DNA of 64,000 bases from positions 416,001-480,000 of the forward strand of contig CAWEQH010000004.1 of the NCBI GenBank assembly GCA_963811165.1, given 5' to 3'. Shown in pieces: positions 51,939 to 62,171 of the stretch (position 1 is its first letter; each line of letters opens with the position of its first letter). The notes under the pieces were generated by a model that was not told where the DNA came from, searched no databases, and saw only the letters and a list, made by a program, of their open reading frames with translations. The translations under genes and the position numbers were made by a program. Source of the stretch: an uncultured Nitrospiraceae bacterium. Lineage in GTDB: Bacteria; Nitrospirota; Thermodesulfovibrionia; Thermodesulfovibrionales; UBA6898.

Positions 51939-53184
51939 TGAGCGGAAGAAGGGTCGTTGTTACAGGCCTGGGGCTCATAAGTCCTCTGGGCATCGGAGTA
52001 GAAAAAAGCTGGAGCGGGATGCTTCAGGGGAGGTCCGGCATCAGACGGATAACCCAGTTTGACGCTTCCTTGTTTGCAACGAAGATTGCCGGCGAGGTCG
52101 ACGGCTTCAACCCCGAAGATTACATCGAGCCGAAAGAAGTAAAGAAGATGGACAGGTTCATCCATTTCGGCGTTGCCGCCTCGACCATGGCCTTTGCAGA
52201 TTCGGGGCTTAAGATAGACGAGCATAATGCCGACGCGCGTCGGGGTTTATGTGGGGTCCGGAATGGGCGGTCTTCCGGCGATCGAGCATTACCATAAGGT
52301 ATTGCTCGAAAAGGGCCCGCGAAGGATCACGCCTTTTTTTATCCCGATGCTTATAATCAATCTTGCCGCAGGACAGATATCCATAAAGTTCGGAGCAAAG
52401 GGCCCGAACTCGGCCCCTGCTACCGCCTGCGCAACAGGCAGCCACGCCATAGGCGATGCGTTCAAGGTCATCCAGCGCGGCGATGCGGACGCGATGATCG
52501 CAGGCGGCACGGAATCCTGCATCACCTCGATGGGGATCGGCGGGTTCAACGCGATGAAGGCGCTGTCGACAAGGAACGACGAACCGGAGAAGGCGAGCCG
52601 GCCTTTCGACAGGGACAGGGACGGTTTTATCATGGGAGAAGGGTCCGGGATCATGATCATCGAGGAACTGGACCATGCGCTCGCAAGAAAGGCGCAGGAT
52701 CTACGCAGAAATTGTCGGGTATGGCCTGACTGGAGATGCCTACCATATTACTTCGCCGGCCCCGGGGGGTGAGGGCGCTGCGCGGTGTATGGCGATGGCC
52801 CTGAAAGACGCCGGCATGGGCCCTTCGGATGTCGATTACATAAACGCCCATGGGACGTCTACGAAATACGGGGACGAACTCGAGACCCAGGCGATCAAGA
52901 CGGTCTTTAAAGAGCATGCCTATAAGGTTGCGGTCAGCTCGACGAAATCGATGACCGGACACCTGCTTGGCGCTGCGGGCGGGGTTGAAGCGGTCATCTG
53001 CGCGCTAAGTATCCATAACAGCATCGTCCCGCCCACTATCAACCTCGACAACCCTGATCCGGAATGCGATCTCGATTACGTACCTAATGCGGCGAGAAAG
53101 GGAGATATCGGGGTTGCACTGTCGAATTCTTTCGGTTTCGGCGGCACGAACGCCTGTCTCCTGTTTAAAAAATTCTCAAATTGA
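51938..53184 (+). CDS. fabF: Beta-ketoacyl-ACP synthase II (two apparent frameshifts)
   Basis: [29 protein letters not shown] and SNSFGFGG motifs in three ORF pieces. Confidence 0.93.
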
Positions 53185-53888
53185 CCGACCCTGAAACAGA
53201 ACGGAAGTTAGAAGACCTCGAAAACAAACTCGGCTATTTTTTCGGGGACAGGGAACTTCTTTCCGAGGCCCTCACGCATAAATCCTACTATCACGAAAAC
53301 AGGTCGAAGGCCGCCCCATACAACGAACGTCTTGAATTCCTGGGCGACTCGGTCATAGGGCTGGTCGTTGTGGAATATCTCTTTCTCCTCGAAGAAAGGT
53401 ACAGCGAATCGGTCCTTGCAAAGATGAAGTCCTACCTTGTCTGTGAAGCGGTCCTGGCCGATATCGCTTCATCGATTTCTCTCGGCAAGTATATCCTCCT
53501 TGGAAAGGGAGAGGATTCGACGGGCGGCCGGATCAAAAAGTCGATCCTTTCTGATACCTTTGAGGCGGCCATAGGGGCCGTATATCTTGACGGCGGGTTT
53601 CCGAAGACCCGGGAGATCGTTCGCTCATTTTTTAAAGGCAGGGTCGATAAGGTGATCAAAGAGGGAGAATTTTACGACTACAAAACCGAGCTTCAGGAAA
53701 AAACGCAGCTCGACTACGGCACCCTTCCCGAATACAGGGTCATTAAAGAGGAGGGCGTAGAACATAAGAGGGTCTTCACCGTGGCCGTGTTCCTGGAAGG
53801 CAGGGAACTCGGGGTCGCCTCCGGCAAGAGGAAGAAAGAGGCCGAGGCCCTGGCTGCAAAAGAGGCGCTCGAAAAGCTAAAGGGATAG
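53181..53888 (+). CDS. rnc: Ribonuclease III
   Basis: [11 protein letters not shown] signature plus dsRBD. Confidence 0.95.
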   Translation: MTDPETERKLEDLENKLGYFFGDRELLSEALTHKSYYHENRSKAAPYNERLEFLGDSVIGLVVVEYLFLLEERYSESVLAKMKSYLVCEAVLADIASSISLGKYILLGKGEDSTGGRIKKSILSDTFEAAIGAVYLDGGFPKTREIVRSFFKGRVDKVIKEGEFYDYKTELQEKTQLDYGTLPEYRVIKEEGVEHKRVFTVAVFLEGRELGVASGKRKKEAEALAAKEALEKLKG

Positions 53889-53925
53889 AGAGCGAGTGGC
53901 CATGATCATGGTACAATAACAGCCA

Positions 53926-54813
53926 GTGGATATACACCATCTCAGGGTATTTGCATCTGTCTTCAAACACAGAAGCTTTTCAAAGGCTTCCGAGGAGTTG
54001 CACCTGACTCAGCCGACGGTGAGCGACCATATCAAGGCGCTTGAAGAGGAGCTCAACTGCAAGCTCTTCGACCGGCTCAGCAGAAAGATTATCCCCACAA
54101 AAGAGGCCGGCGTTCTTATTGGGCGCGCCGGTGAGATCATCGAGAAGGTCGAGGGCATTCAGGGACTTTTGGGGGAGTCCAGAAAAGAGCTTTCCGGCCA
54201 TCTCATCATCGGCGCAAGCACAATCCCTGCAACGTATATCCTTCCGGGTCTCACCGCGTCATACAGGAAAAAACATCCCGGCGTTTTTTTCGAGATAGTC
54301 GTTTCGGACTCGCGGGGGATAATAGATAAAGTCGCGGGGCACGATCTCCTTGTCGGCATGGTGGGGGCCAAGCTGGATAACGGGCAGGTCCATTACACCC
54401 CTTTTCTTGACGACGAGCTGATAGCAATAGCAGCGCCTTCCCCGGCAAAGATCAGGGGCCTCGGCCTCAGAGAGATTGCGGCACTTCCAATGGTCATGCG
54501 GGAACAGGGGTCAGGCACACGGAGGGAGTTTGAAAAGATACTCCTAAAGGAGGGTATCGATCCGCAGCAGCTCAGCATTGTCGGCCTGTTTGGCTCTACC
54601 GATGCGATTAAACAGGCGGTCAAGGAAGGGATGGGCATCTCGGTTATTTCCCGCCGCGCAGTGCGGGATGAGCTTAAGTGCAACATGCTTCGGGAGATCA
54701 AGATAAAGAATGCCGATATGAAACGGCAATTTTTTATCGTCACCCACAGGAAAAGAACGCTCCCGCACATCTACAGAGGCTTCCTTGAATTTCTTCTTCC
54801 CGGTTCCCAATAG
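53926..54813 (+). CDS. LysR-family regulator (selenium/sulfur-metabolism-associated CysL-like type)
   Basis: SFSKAS..LHLTQPTVS HTH, IGASTIP and REQGSGTR motifs. Confidence 0.9.
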   Translation: MDIHHLRVFASVFKHRSFSKASEELHLTQPTVSDHIKALEEELNCKLFDRLSRKIIPTKEAGVLIGRAGEIIEKVEGIQGLLGESRKELSGHLIIGASTIPATYILPGLTASYRKKHPGVFFEIVVSDSRGIIDKVAGHDLLVGMVGAKLDNGQVHYTPFLDDELIAIAAPSPAKIRGLGLREIAALPMVMREQGSGTRREFEKILLKEGIDPQQLSIVGLFGSTDAIKQAVKEGMGISVISRRAVRDELKCNMLREIKIKNADMKRQFFIVTHRKRTLPHIYRGFLEFLLPGSQ

Positions 54814-54874
54814 AGTTTCGGCGTAATTCCCCGACTCAATTATTATACCCGCCAGACTGCAATCCATTCGACCG

Positions 54875-54907
54875 ATAGGTAGTGCCCTATGGATAGATAT
54901 TATCTAT
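54875..54907. promoter_or_regulatory. Candidate LysR binding boxes upstream of the tRNA-like gene
   Basis: ATAGGtagtgcCCTAT (54875-54890) and ATAGATattATCTAT (54893-54907, T-N11-A). Confidence 0.5.
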
Positions 54908-55035
54908 TGGTAATATAGATTAAAGATATCTTATTATTTGACCGGTAGGGTATCCGGAAATGACGATGGATACCTATGAAGCACTACGAAGAGAGAATGT
55001 ATAACGCGAAGAGATATAAGGGCTATACCTGAAGC

Positions 55036-55130
55036 GGGGGGCAAGGGGTTGGTGCCCCTCCCGGTCTGCAAAACCGGCATATAGCCGAAAATAGGCTATT
55101 GTGGGTTCGATTCCCACTGTTCCCTCTCCA
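55036..55130 (+). tRNA. tRNA-Sec-shaped tRNA with Cys anticodon GCA (selC*-like tRNA-Cys)
   Basis: D-arm AGGGGT-TGGT-GCCCCT; anticodon arm CCGGT-CTGCAAA-ACCGG; long V-arm ATAGCC/GGCTAT; T-arm GTGGG-TTCGATT-CCCAC; ends T-CCA. Confidence 0.8.
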
Positions 55131-55185
55131 TCTAAACTCTCACGTCTCAGACGTTTAAATCTAATTATAAAAGGAGGATCAGAAG

Positions 55186-55632
55186 ATGGCGGAAGAAAAG
55201 AAGATGACCGTGGAAGAGGTGAATGAGTATATGAAGCAGAAATGCGGCTTTGTGCCGAGAATGTTTCAGATCATAAACACGGTAACGCCCGAGCCCGGAA
55301 GGACGTTTGCCGACTTTTATGCGAGTATTTTCGGAGACGGCGCATTGTCGAAAAAAATAAAGGAACTGATGTTCATGTCCGGCGGAGTCGCCTATTGCTC
55401 TCCGAGATGTATCATTCATGTCATCCCGGCGATTAATGCGGGAGCGACGACGGGAGAGATATTCGAGGCCGCATCTGTCGGCATGATTTTGGCAGGTTTC
55501 GTGCCCGGCGGCCCGGGAATACCCTATGCCTTCGAATATGCCCTTAAGTGTCTCGATATTGAGGCAAAATACAGGAAGGGCGAAAAATGGGAGTATCTGC
55601 CCGCGCCCAGGTTCGATCATGGGGTGTTCTGA
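55186..55632 (+). CDS. Carboxymuconolactone decarboxylase/AhpD-family protein
   Basis: GALSKKIKELM...CSPRCIIH...GAT..EIFEA. Confidence 0.85.
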   Translation: MAEEKKMTVEEVNEYMKQKCGFVPRMFQIINTVTPEPGRTFADFYASIFGDGALSKKIKELMFMSGGVAYCSPRCIIHVIPAINAGATTGEIFEAASVGMILAGFVPGGPGIPYAFEYALKCLDIEAKYRKGEKWEYLPAPRFDHGVF

Positions 55633-55690
55633 GCCGGCTCTCAAATATAGGGAATAATCTTGAGACGATTAAGGAGCATTAGGGGGATAT

Positions 55691-56449
55691 ATGCGTAATA
55701 CCAAGACGTCATTCCAGATAAGAGTCCTGTTGGTCCCACTGGTATTTCTCATCATGGTAATGGGAACATCATCTGTTTCCGCAGAGAACACGTATAGAAT
55801 CATTTCAACCGGGCAGCTTAAGACGATGCTCAGCGCAAAGGAAGATTTCACTCTTATCGACGCCAGGACAAAGGATGAATTCGACGAAGCGCATATAGTC
55901 GGGGCGATCAACATCCCTGAAAAAAACTTTGAAGCAATGATGTCCGCCCTTCCGGCAAACAAAAACGTCCTCCTGGTCATCTACTGTAACGGAACGAAGT
56001 GCGGCAAGAGCAAAAAGGTTGCGGCAAAGGCAGAGGCAGCGGGATACACAAACATCATGCTCTATGCGGAGGGGTTCCCGGTGTGGGAAGAAAAGGCAAT
56101 GCCTATCAGCGCAGGACCTGATTACCGCAAAAAGATTGAAACAACGAAGCTCAACCCGGCGGAGCTGAAAAAGATGATCGACAGCGGATCAAAGGACTTC
56201 GTCATTGTAGATGTCCGGGATGAAACAGAATACGGCGAGGGGCACATACCCACTGCCATAAACATTCCGGTAGAGACTTTCGCTGTCAGGTCGGAGGCGC
56301 TGCCGAAAGAAAAGAAGATCGTCGTTTACTGCAATACCGGAGGCAGAAGTTATACTGCCTATAGAAAACTGGTGAAGCTTGCCTATCCGAACATCTACCA
56401 GACGCTATTTGCCGATTGGAAAGAGTCCGGGCAGGCGGTGGAAAAATAG
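55691..56449 (+). CDS. Exported tandem-rhodanese (sulfurtransferase) protein
   Basis: Signal peptide; two DxR...HIxxAINIP...YC repeats (YCNGTKC, YCNTGGRS). Confidence 0.88.
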   Translation: MRNTKTSFQIRVLLVPLVFLIMVMGTSSVSAENTYRIISTGQLKTMLSAKEDFTLIDARTKDEFDEAHIVGAINIPEKNFEAMMSALPANKNVLLVIYCNGTKCGKSKKVAAKAEAAGYTNIMLYAEGFPVWEEKAMPISAGPDYRKKIETTKLNPAELKKMIDSGSKDFVIVDVRDETEYGEGHIPTAINIPVETFAVRSEALPKEKKIVVYCNTGGRSYTAYRKLVKLAYPNIYQTLFADWKESGQAVEK

Positions 56450-56458
56450 GAGGTAGAA

Positions 56459-57049
56459 ATGGTTATAGACGCAAGAAATCAGGGCTGTCCGAAACCTGTG
56501 ATGATGGCTGAAGAAGCCCTCTCGAAAATCACGGAAGGAATTGTCGAGGTCATTGTTGACAATGAGCCTTCTGCAGATAACCTTGCATGGTTTGCAAAGA
56601 GCAATGCCTTCTTTTCTGAGACAATCAGGGATGGTCGAAACTGGCGGGTGAAGATAGTGAAAGGGTATGCTTGTGCGCCTGCGCCTGAAGCAGAAAAAGC
56701 ACCGGAGGCGAAAAAAGACCTGCTCATAGTCGTGGGCACGGATACGATGGGGAAGGAAGAAGAACTCGGCAAGATTCTGATGAAGGGCTATTTTGAAACG
56801 ATGAAGACCTACAAGCAGATACCTGACGCGATCTTTTTTCTGAATGCCGGCGTAAAGCTTACCACTACAAATGCCGACATCTGTCCCATTCTGAAAGAGA
56901 TCGAGACTATAGGTGTGGAGATATATTCCTGCGGAACATGCCTCAAACACTACGGACTTGAAGCACAACTAAAGGTGGGCCACAGGGGGACGACGAACCA
57001 TATTGTGGAAGGCATGAAGGACTTTAATAAGACTGTCTGGATAGGATAG
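56459..57049 (+). CDS. yedF: YedF-type TusA/SirA + DsrE-like sulfur/selenium carrier
   Basis: DARNQGCPKPV (TusA CPxP) fused to FLNAGV...SCGTCL (DsrE-like). Confidence 0.85.
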   Translation: MVIDARNQGCPKPVMMAEEALSKITEGIVEVIVDNEPSADNLAWFAKSNAFFSETIRDGRNWRVKIVKGYACAPAPEAEKAPEAKKDLLIVVGTDTMGKEEELGKILMKGYFETMKTYKQIPDAIFFLNAGVKLTTTNADICPILKEIETIGVEIYSCGTCLKHYGLEAQLKVGHRGTTNHIVEGMKDFNKTVWIG

Positions 57050-57176
57050 CTAAAAAAGACCCCTACTCTCAAAGCGTTGACACCCTAGCGGTTCGGGATA
57101 TACTTAGTAATAAGAAGCCTGCGATATGGCATCAGTATGAGGGGGAAAACGGCAAATAACCGCTAAGGAGGTCTTT

Positions 57177-57338
57177 ATGAAAAGAATAGTCAGCTTCATT
57201 CTATTAAGTATCCTGCTCGTCGCATTAGGTGGATGTTTATGGGTGCATGAACGCGACGGGGGCGAGCGCGATCGCGGGGAGCGCTATGAACATGAACGCG
57301 GCGAGCATGAGCATCATGAAATGGAAGAGAGGCGGTAA
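57177..57338 (+). CDS. Small lipoprotein with His/Glu/Arg-rich tail (53 aa; not in the ORF track)
   Basis: SD AAGGAGG; MKRIVSFILLSILLVALGGC lipobox followed by HERDGGERDRGERYEHERGEHEHHE. Confidence 0.7.
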   Translation: MKRIVSFILLSILLVALGGCLWVHERDGGERDRGERYEHERGEHEHHEMEERR

Positions 57339-57387
57339 GAATCTGTCGTCAATATTTTGAAATTAGCGATCTCAAAACTGGATTCAT

Positions 57388-57460
57388 AACTCCCCTTAAC
57401 CCCCTCTTATCTTAAGAGGGGGGGAGGCGAAGCCTTGGGGCATTATTTCAAAGAGGGGAG
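57388..57460. repeat. C/G-run hairpin repeat (CCCCTCTT..AAGAGGGG type)
   Basis: Similar to 1274-1346 and 37002-37036. Confidence 0.55.
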
Positions 57461-59509
57461 CTACTGGATCGAGAGTCCGTTAACGGTAACGATTCCTAAG
57501 CCGCTTATCGTCACCGTGCCGTGAACCGCTGAGAACCCGGTTGCAGGCGAGAATGAAGAATCATAGCCTCCGTTAAGGGTCACATCGAAGTCATTATCGA
57601 GTGTCAGGTCTTCATAAAAAGTAATCGACTGGATGTCGAGGGTGTCGGCAGCGGCGATTGCGACGTAGGCGTCACTAATGCTGGAATAGAAGGAAACGTC
57701 ACCTACCTTCTTTACAAGGGCAGTAGGATCGCAGGTCGAAAACCTGAAGGCCCCTATCCGAGTATGCCAGTTGCCGCTGTCGCCATTTGTTTGGCTGTCG
57801 TAATATTCATTGACGTACCAAAAAGTGCAATCGTCTGACGGATCGACACTCATCGAGGAATAATCGCCCCAACGGTCGCAGGGCGCCCCACCGCAGTTGT
57901 TTGTCTGAGATCCCGTTCCCGAAAATAGCACGGTTTCGGTCTGCGGAAGCTGGTTAAAGGGATCGGATGCGAGCCTGCCTGAGTAAGCGATGCTTGGATA
58001 ATTAGGCGCAGTGCCGTTTGAGGTGCTATAACCCAGGGCCATGTTGCCGTCCTTGTCCGCCGACAGGCTCCCCATCCAGCGATAGAGAGTGATATCCGGC
58101 GCATAAATCTGCTCCTGGACAGGAGTTGTCTTGATGGTGCCTCCTGACACATCGATCTGTGACCACTGCGGCCGGACTGTGGAGGTCGGTGACGTCATTA
58201 CACTGTGGACCACCCATAGGGATTCGCTGGACCCGATCTTCCGATAGGGTACTTTCTGCATAAGCCGGTCTCCTAAACTGTCCAGCTTCGTTGTCGTACT
58301 CGGCTGGGGCACGATACTCGGAGCGCTTAAGAAAGCGTCATTATACGCTGTTTGAGATACCAGGACAGGCGCTGCATTAAACGTTCCGACCGAGCAGTTG
58401 CTGCTGGTCAAAAACGTGCGCACTTCAAATCCCCAATTGATCTGAGATTCCGAGACAAAGTAGTTCGGTGTTCCGGCGGGCGGTAAAGAACCCGGAGAAG
58501 CGCCGAGTATGGTGCTTGGTATCATGGTGAAGATGGGGTAGGTAGGGTAGGGAAGGAACCCTATCGTCCAGCTGAGCGTGTTGCCGGCCTCGAGGTCGCT
58601 CCGGCTGAAGGCGGCATAGAGCACGCCGACAAATGGGTTCACTGGGTCGTTGGTAAACTCATTTGCTGCCATATAGAGGCAGTCCGGCCATACGCCGAAT
58701 TTGGGATAATCGTTCAGCGCTCCCACAGGGGGGCGGCCAGTTCCCCCGGGGTCCATGCGAAGAGGATAGAGCCACCATCCGCCTGAAACAGGGTCACTCG
58801 TTTTCGATACCGCAATGCATTCGTAGTAAGGCGAAATAGGATTGGAGCCGCTGAAGCCAAAGGCAAAATGGGCGAGTATCCAGCGGTCGACTAAGGGATC
58901 GTAGACCACGATCGGATCACCTTGGGAGTTGCTTTTACAAGGGTTTGATCCGCCTGAGCCCCAGAGGTTGTCTTCGGTAAAGGACGCCAAAAGAGTCCCT
59001 GACTTGCTATAAATCGCATATGAGGTGTTTACTGCCAGGATGTAGTTGTTCGGACCAACATCGCCGTTCGGGTCCGGAGGCCAGCCGCCGCCGCATTGCC
59101 CTCCGGTGCAGCTGTCAGTAAAATTCAGTCCCAAAAAGTTCTCGACCGGGCTCGGCATGGAGGCCGCAGGCGGTTGGGCAAAAGGAGCAGATGGCGCGTA
59201 GACGGCCGCAGGGTATTTCGGCGTAACAGGCGCTCTTCTTTGTGGACGGTAAGGTTTCGGCGAATTAGCAGAGCTCTTTAGGGCAAAATAGGGCAGGCCC
59301 CTTAGATCGCCATCAAATTCGAAGGGAATGACGGGTTCCCCGGCGGAGGTGACAACGGTGTCGCTCACCGCGGCCGACGATGCGCCGCTGTTTTGATTTG
59401 CTGCGGATACCGGCCGGACGTAAAAAAGTAAAAGGAGCAAGCACCCGAGGAGGAGACTTGTTCTCATGTAATCGTATCCGGAATCGCTGCCTTTGTTGTT
59501 CTCTTTCAT
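57461..59509 (-). CDS. Large secreted protein of unknown function
   Basis: N-terminal hydrophobic signal; PPDPNGDVGPN, GDPIVVYD, DYPK and RWGDYS motifs. Confidence 0.8.
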   Translation of the reverse strand: MKENNKGSDSGYDYMRTSLLLGCLLLLLFYVRPVSAANQNSGASSAAVSDTVVTSAGEPVIPFEFDGDLRGLPYFALKSSANSPKPYRPQRRAPVTPKYPAAVYAPSAPFAQPPAASMPSPVENFLGLNFTDSCTGGQCGGGWPPDPNGDVGPNNYILAVNTSYAIYSKSGTLLASFTEDNLWGSGGSNPCKSNSQGDPIVVYDPLVDRWILAHFAFGFSGSNPISPYYECIAVSKTSDPVSGGWWLYPLRMDPGGTGRPPVGALNDYPKFGVWPDCLYMAANEFTNDPVNPFVGVLYAAFSRSDLEAGNTLSWTIGFLPYPTYPIFTMIPSTILGASPGSLPPAGTPNYFVSESQINWGFEVRTFLTSSNCSVGTFNAAPVLVSQTAYNDAFLSAPSIVPQPSTTTKLDSLGDRLMQKVPYRKIGSSESLWVVHSVMTSPTSTVRPQWSQIDVSGGTIKTTPVQEQIYAPDITLYRWMGSLSADKDGNMALGYSTSNGTAPNYPSIAYSGRLASDPFNQLPQTETVLFSGTGSQTNNCGGAPCDRWGDYSSMSVDPSDDCTFWYVNEYYDSQTNGDSGNWHTRIGAFRFSTCDPTALVKKVGDVSFYSSISDAYVAIAAADTLDIQSITFYEDLTLDNDFDVTLNGGYDSSFSPATGFSAVHGTVTISGLGIVTVNGLSIQ

Positions 59510-59626
59510 TCAGTTCCCTCTCTCATGTTCCACCTGATTCGTTTTGGACAGATCTTTTATTATACTTAATATCTCCCTTAGTTTAATTACTCCCGGGAAT
59601 TTTTTTTGTCCTGATCGCCAGGCTAA

Positions 59627-62059
59627 TTATCGAGGCGGGCGGAAAAGAGAGAAATATTTTTTCACTTCAACTGCGCCGATGATGATGAACGCAAATGCTG
59701 CTATCGCAAGAATCTGACTAAGACCGATCGGCACAAGGTTGAACCTTCCGCCCAAAGCAGGGACAAAGACTGCGAGAAATAGGAAGGAGATCGCACCCGC
59801 GGCCCAGATGTCGATGACCGGGTTGGTGAAGATGCCTATCGAAAATACTGGTTCCGTAGTCGAGCGGGAAACAATCGCCAGGAAGATGTGGCCGAAGATC
59901 CACGCGGAGAAAGCGAATGTTTGTGTCTCCCGTATGCCCAGGCCTCGGTGACGTGCATAGAAATAGGCACCCAGTACCGCAAGGAAGAGGGCAAGCCCGT
60001 TTATAAAGATGTCGCTTATCACCCGGGATGAAAGGACCTCCTCGCGCGGGTTGCGCGGCGGACGCGAGTATATATTTTTTTCTTTCGGCTCGGCCACGAA
60101 CCCCGCCGATGCGGCAAGGTCCATAAAGAGTTCGAGTATGACGATCTGTATGGGGCTGAAAGGCAAAGGCAGACCGAGGAGCACCGGGAGAAGAAAAATC
60201 ATGATAAGGGCGGCCTTTACCGAAAGATAGTAGGTGATCCCTTTTTGCAGGTTGTCGAAAAACTTCCTGCCCTCAAATATCCCCTCGGTTATCGTAACGT
60301 AGTTGTCGTCCGCAAGGACCACGTCCGCCGCGTCCCGTGCGACGTCGGTGCCCCTGATGCCCATGACGATGCCGATATCGGCTGCTTTAAGTGCAAGCAC
60401 GTCGTTTATGCCGTCGCCGGTGACCGCGACGACCTCTCCTTTTTTCTGAAGGGCGGTCACGATGCGGTATTTGTGCTGGGGCGATGTTCTGGCAAAGACC
60501 GAAGCGAGGCCCAGGGCCTCTCCGAGCCCCTCGTCGGTCATCTCGTCAATCTCTTTTCCTTCGATGACCTTCCCGTTTGGGATGCCTGTTTTTTCCGCGA
60601 CAAATGCAGCTGTAAGTGAATGGTCCCCCGTCACCATAATCGTCCTTATGCCGGCCTTCGAAGCTGCCTCTATCGTCTCTTTCACGCCTTCTCTCGGCGG
60701 GTCCTCGAAACTTATCAGGCCGCAGAGGTCGGCATCTCTTTCCATCTGCGTAAGATCGGGGTCCTCCTGCGCCGAAGCAAGAGTTTCGGAGGCGATTGCA
60801 ATGACCCTTCTGCCGCTTGACGATTCGCCGAGAAGTGCTGCGCGCATTTCCTCTGCACCTTTGCCGCAGATTGAAAAGAGCTCCTCGGGCGCGCCCGTCA
60901 CAAACATCTGATAGGAGTCTCCGTTTCTTCTTATGGAAGTTTTTGTCATCTTCCCGGCTTCTCCAAAGTTCCGTTGGCGTAAGATCCCGGGGAGGTCCTT
61001 ATGTATTCCTGCCTCTTCAGCCCTCTTTTTTATCTCTGTCTCCATGGGCGAAAGGACGAATTCCGGAAGTGCGCCGTATGCCGCCTCAAGGACTTCTTTC
61101 TCCCTTTCAGGCGGATAGACCGACGATATCCTCATCTTTCCTTCGGTGAGTGTTCCCGTCTTGTCGGTGACAATGACCGTGGTGTTGCCGAGTGTCTCCG
61201 CCCCCTGCAGTCTCTTTACGAGAAAGCTATGTTTCGAAAGGGTGTATGCGCCCAGCCCGAGCACCATAGTGATGATAATCGGCAGTTCCTCAGGTATTGT
61301 GGCGAAGGAGAGCGAGAGGCCGGTAAGGACCATGGTCTTAAAATCCTGCCCGCGGATAATGCCGATAACGGGTACTATCGTTGAAAAGAATACGGCAATG
61401 AAGACGAGTTTGTTTACGAGGGACTTCATCGCGGTCTGAAGGACGGTCCTTGGGGGTCTGATAGTCTTAAGGGCGGCGGCGATTTCACCCAGGCGCGTGC
61501 TCTTGCCGGTCAAACGGACCTCGGCCGCGCCCTCGCCGGAGAGGACAGTCGTTCCGGCATATACTGTGTCTCCGGTTTTTTTGTCCTTAGGAAAGGACTC
61601 CCCCGTCAAAGGCGACTCATCCACCTGCAGCCCGGTCGACTCGATGATCATCGAGTCCGCGGCGGTCCTTGTGCCCTGGGTAAGGATAAGCAGATCGCCC
61701 TGTACCACATCCTCAGCGTCTATTTCGGTGATCATTCCGTCCCTCATCGTCTTTGCCTTCGGGGCCGTCACCTTTGAGAGCGAGGCTATCGCCTTTTTCG
61801 CGCGAAATTCGTTATGCACCTCCGTAAGGATGAGAAGAAAGATGACGAGGAAGATAGTTATCGCGTCCCCGAGTTTCCCCCATATGCTATAGAGGAGGCC
61901 GACGACCAGAAGGAGAAGGATCATCGGCTCGGTCACCTCATGGCGTGCGATGCCGAAAAAGCTTATCTTTTGGGGCTCATAGATCCGGTTCGGGCCGGAC
62001 TCAAGGAGGCGTTTTCTCGCCTCTTCGGGTTTTAGTCCATCATATTTTTTTGCACTCAT
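59627..62059 (-). CDS. Cation-transporting P-type ATPase (type II)
   Basis: TGES, PEEL, DKTGTLT, TGDH and GDGIND motifs. Confidence 0.95.
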   Translation of the reverse strand: MSAKKYDGLKPEEARKRLLESGPNRIYEPQKISFFGIARHEVTEPMILLLLVVGLLYSIWGKLGDAITIFLVIFLLILTEVHNEFRAKKAIASLSKVTAPKAKTMRDGMITEIDAEDVVQGDLLILTQGTRTAADSMIIESTGLQVDESPLTGESFPKDKKTGDTVYAGTTVLSGEGAAEVRLTGKSTRLGEIAAALKTIRPPRTVLQTAMKSLVNKLVFIAVFFSTIVPVIGIIRGQDFKTMVLTGLSLSFATIPEELPIIITMVLGLGAYTLSKHSFLVKRLQGAETLGNTTVIVTDKTGTLTEGKMRISSVYPPEREKEVLEAAYGALPEFVLSPMETEIKKRAEEAGIHKDLPGILRQRNFGEAGKMTKTSIRRNGDSYQMFVTGAPEELFSICGKGAEEMRAALLGESSSGRRVIAIASETLASAQEDPDLTQMERDADLCGLISFEDPPREGVKETIEAASKAGIRTIMVTGDHSLTAAFVAEKTGIPNGKVIEGKEIDEMTDEGLGEALGLASVFARTSPQHKYRIVTALQKKGEVVAVTGDGINDVLALKAADIGIVMGIRGTDVARDAADVVLADDNYVTITEGIFEGRKFFDNLQKGITYYLSVKAALIMIFLLPVLLGLPLPFSPIQIVILELFMDLAASAGFVAEPKEKNIYSRPPRNPREEVLSSRVISDIFINGLALFLAVLGAYFYARHRGLGIRETQTFAFSAWIFGHIFLAIVSRSTTEPVFSIGIFTNPVIDIWAAGAISFLFLAVFVPALGGRFNLVPIGLSQILAIAAFAFIIIGAVEVKKYFSLFRPPR

Positions 62060-62171
62060 ACCCGCATTATACTTTACTTTCCGATGTGTGTGAAATGTAT
62101 CGGCTGTACTTTGAAGACCTGGAAGCTTTCGCCCGCCGAAGAGATTTCCGGCGATCTATAAGTCTCAGGAT

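Noticed and set aside
40567..53184. Programmed frameshifting or pseudogenisation of thrS, infC, pheS and fabF
   Set aside because: Too many breaks in essential genes. Indel error is far more parsimonious.
54943..55035. Riboswitch or nitroreductase-like mini-ORF (MDTYEALRK...RRDIR) upstream of the tRNA
   Set aside because: Only one hairpin and a weak peptide resemblance. No family consensus could be confirmed by eye.
55036..55130. Ordinary selC (tRNA-Sec) or ordinary tRNA-Cys
   Set aside because: The anticodon and discriminator are not Sec-type, and the D-arm and long V-arm are not canonical Cys-type.
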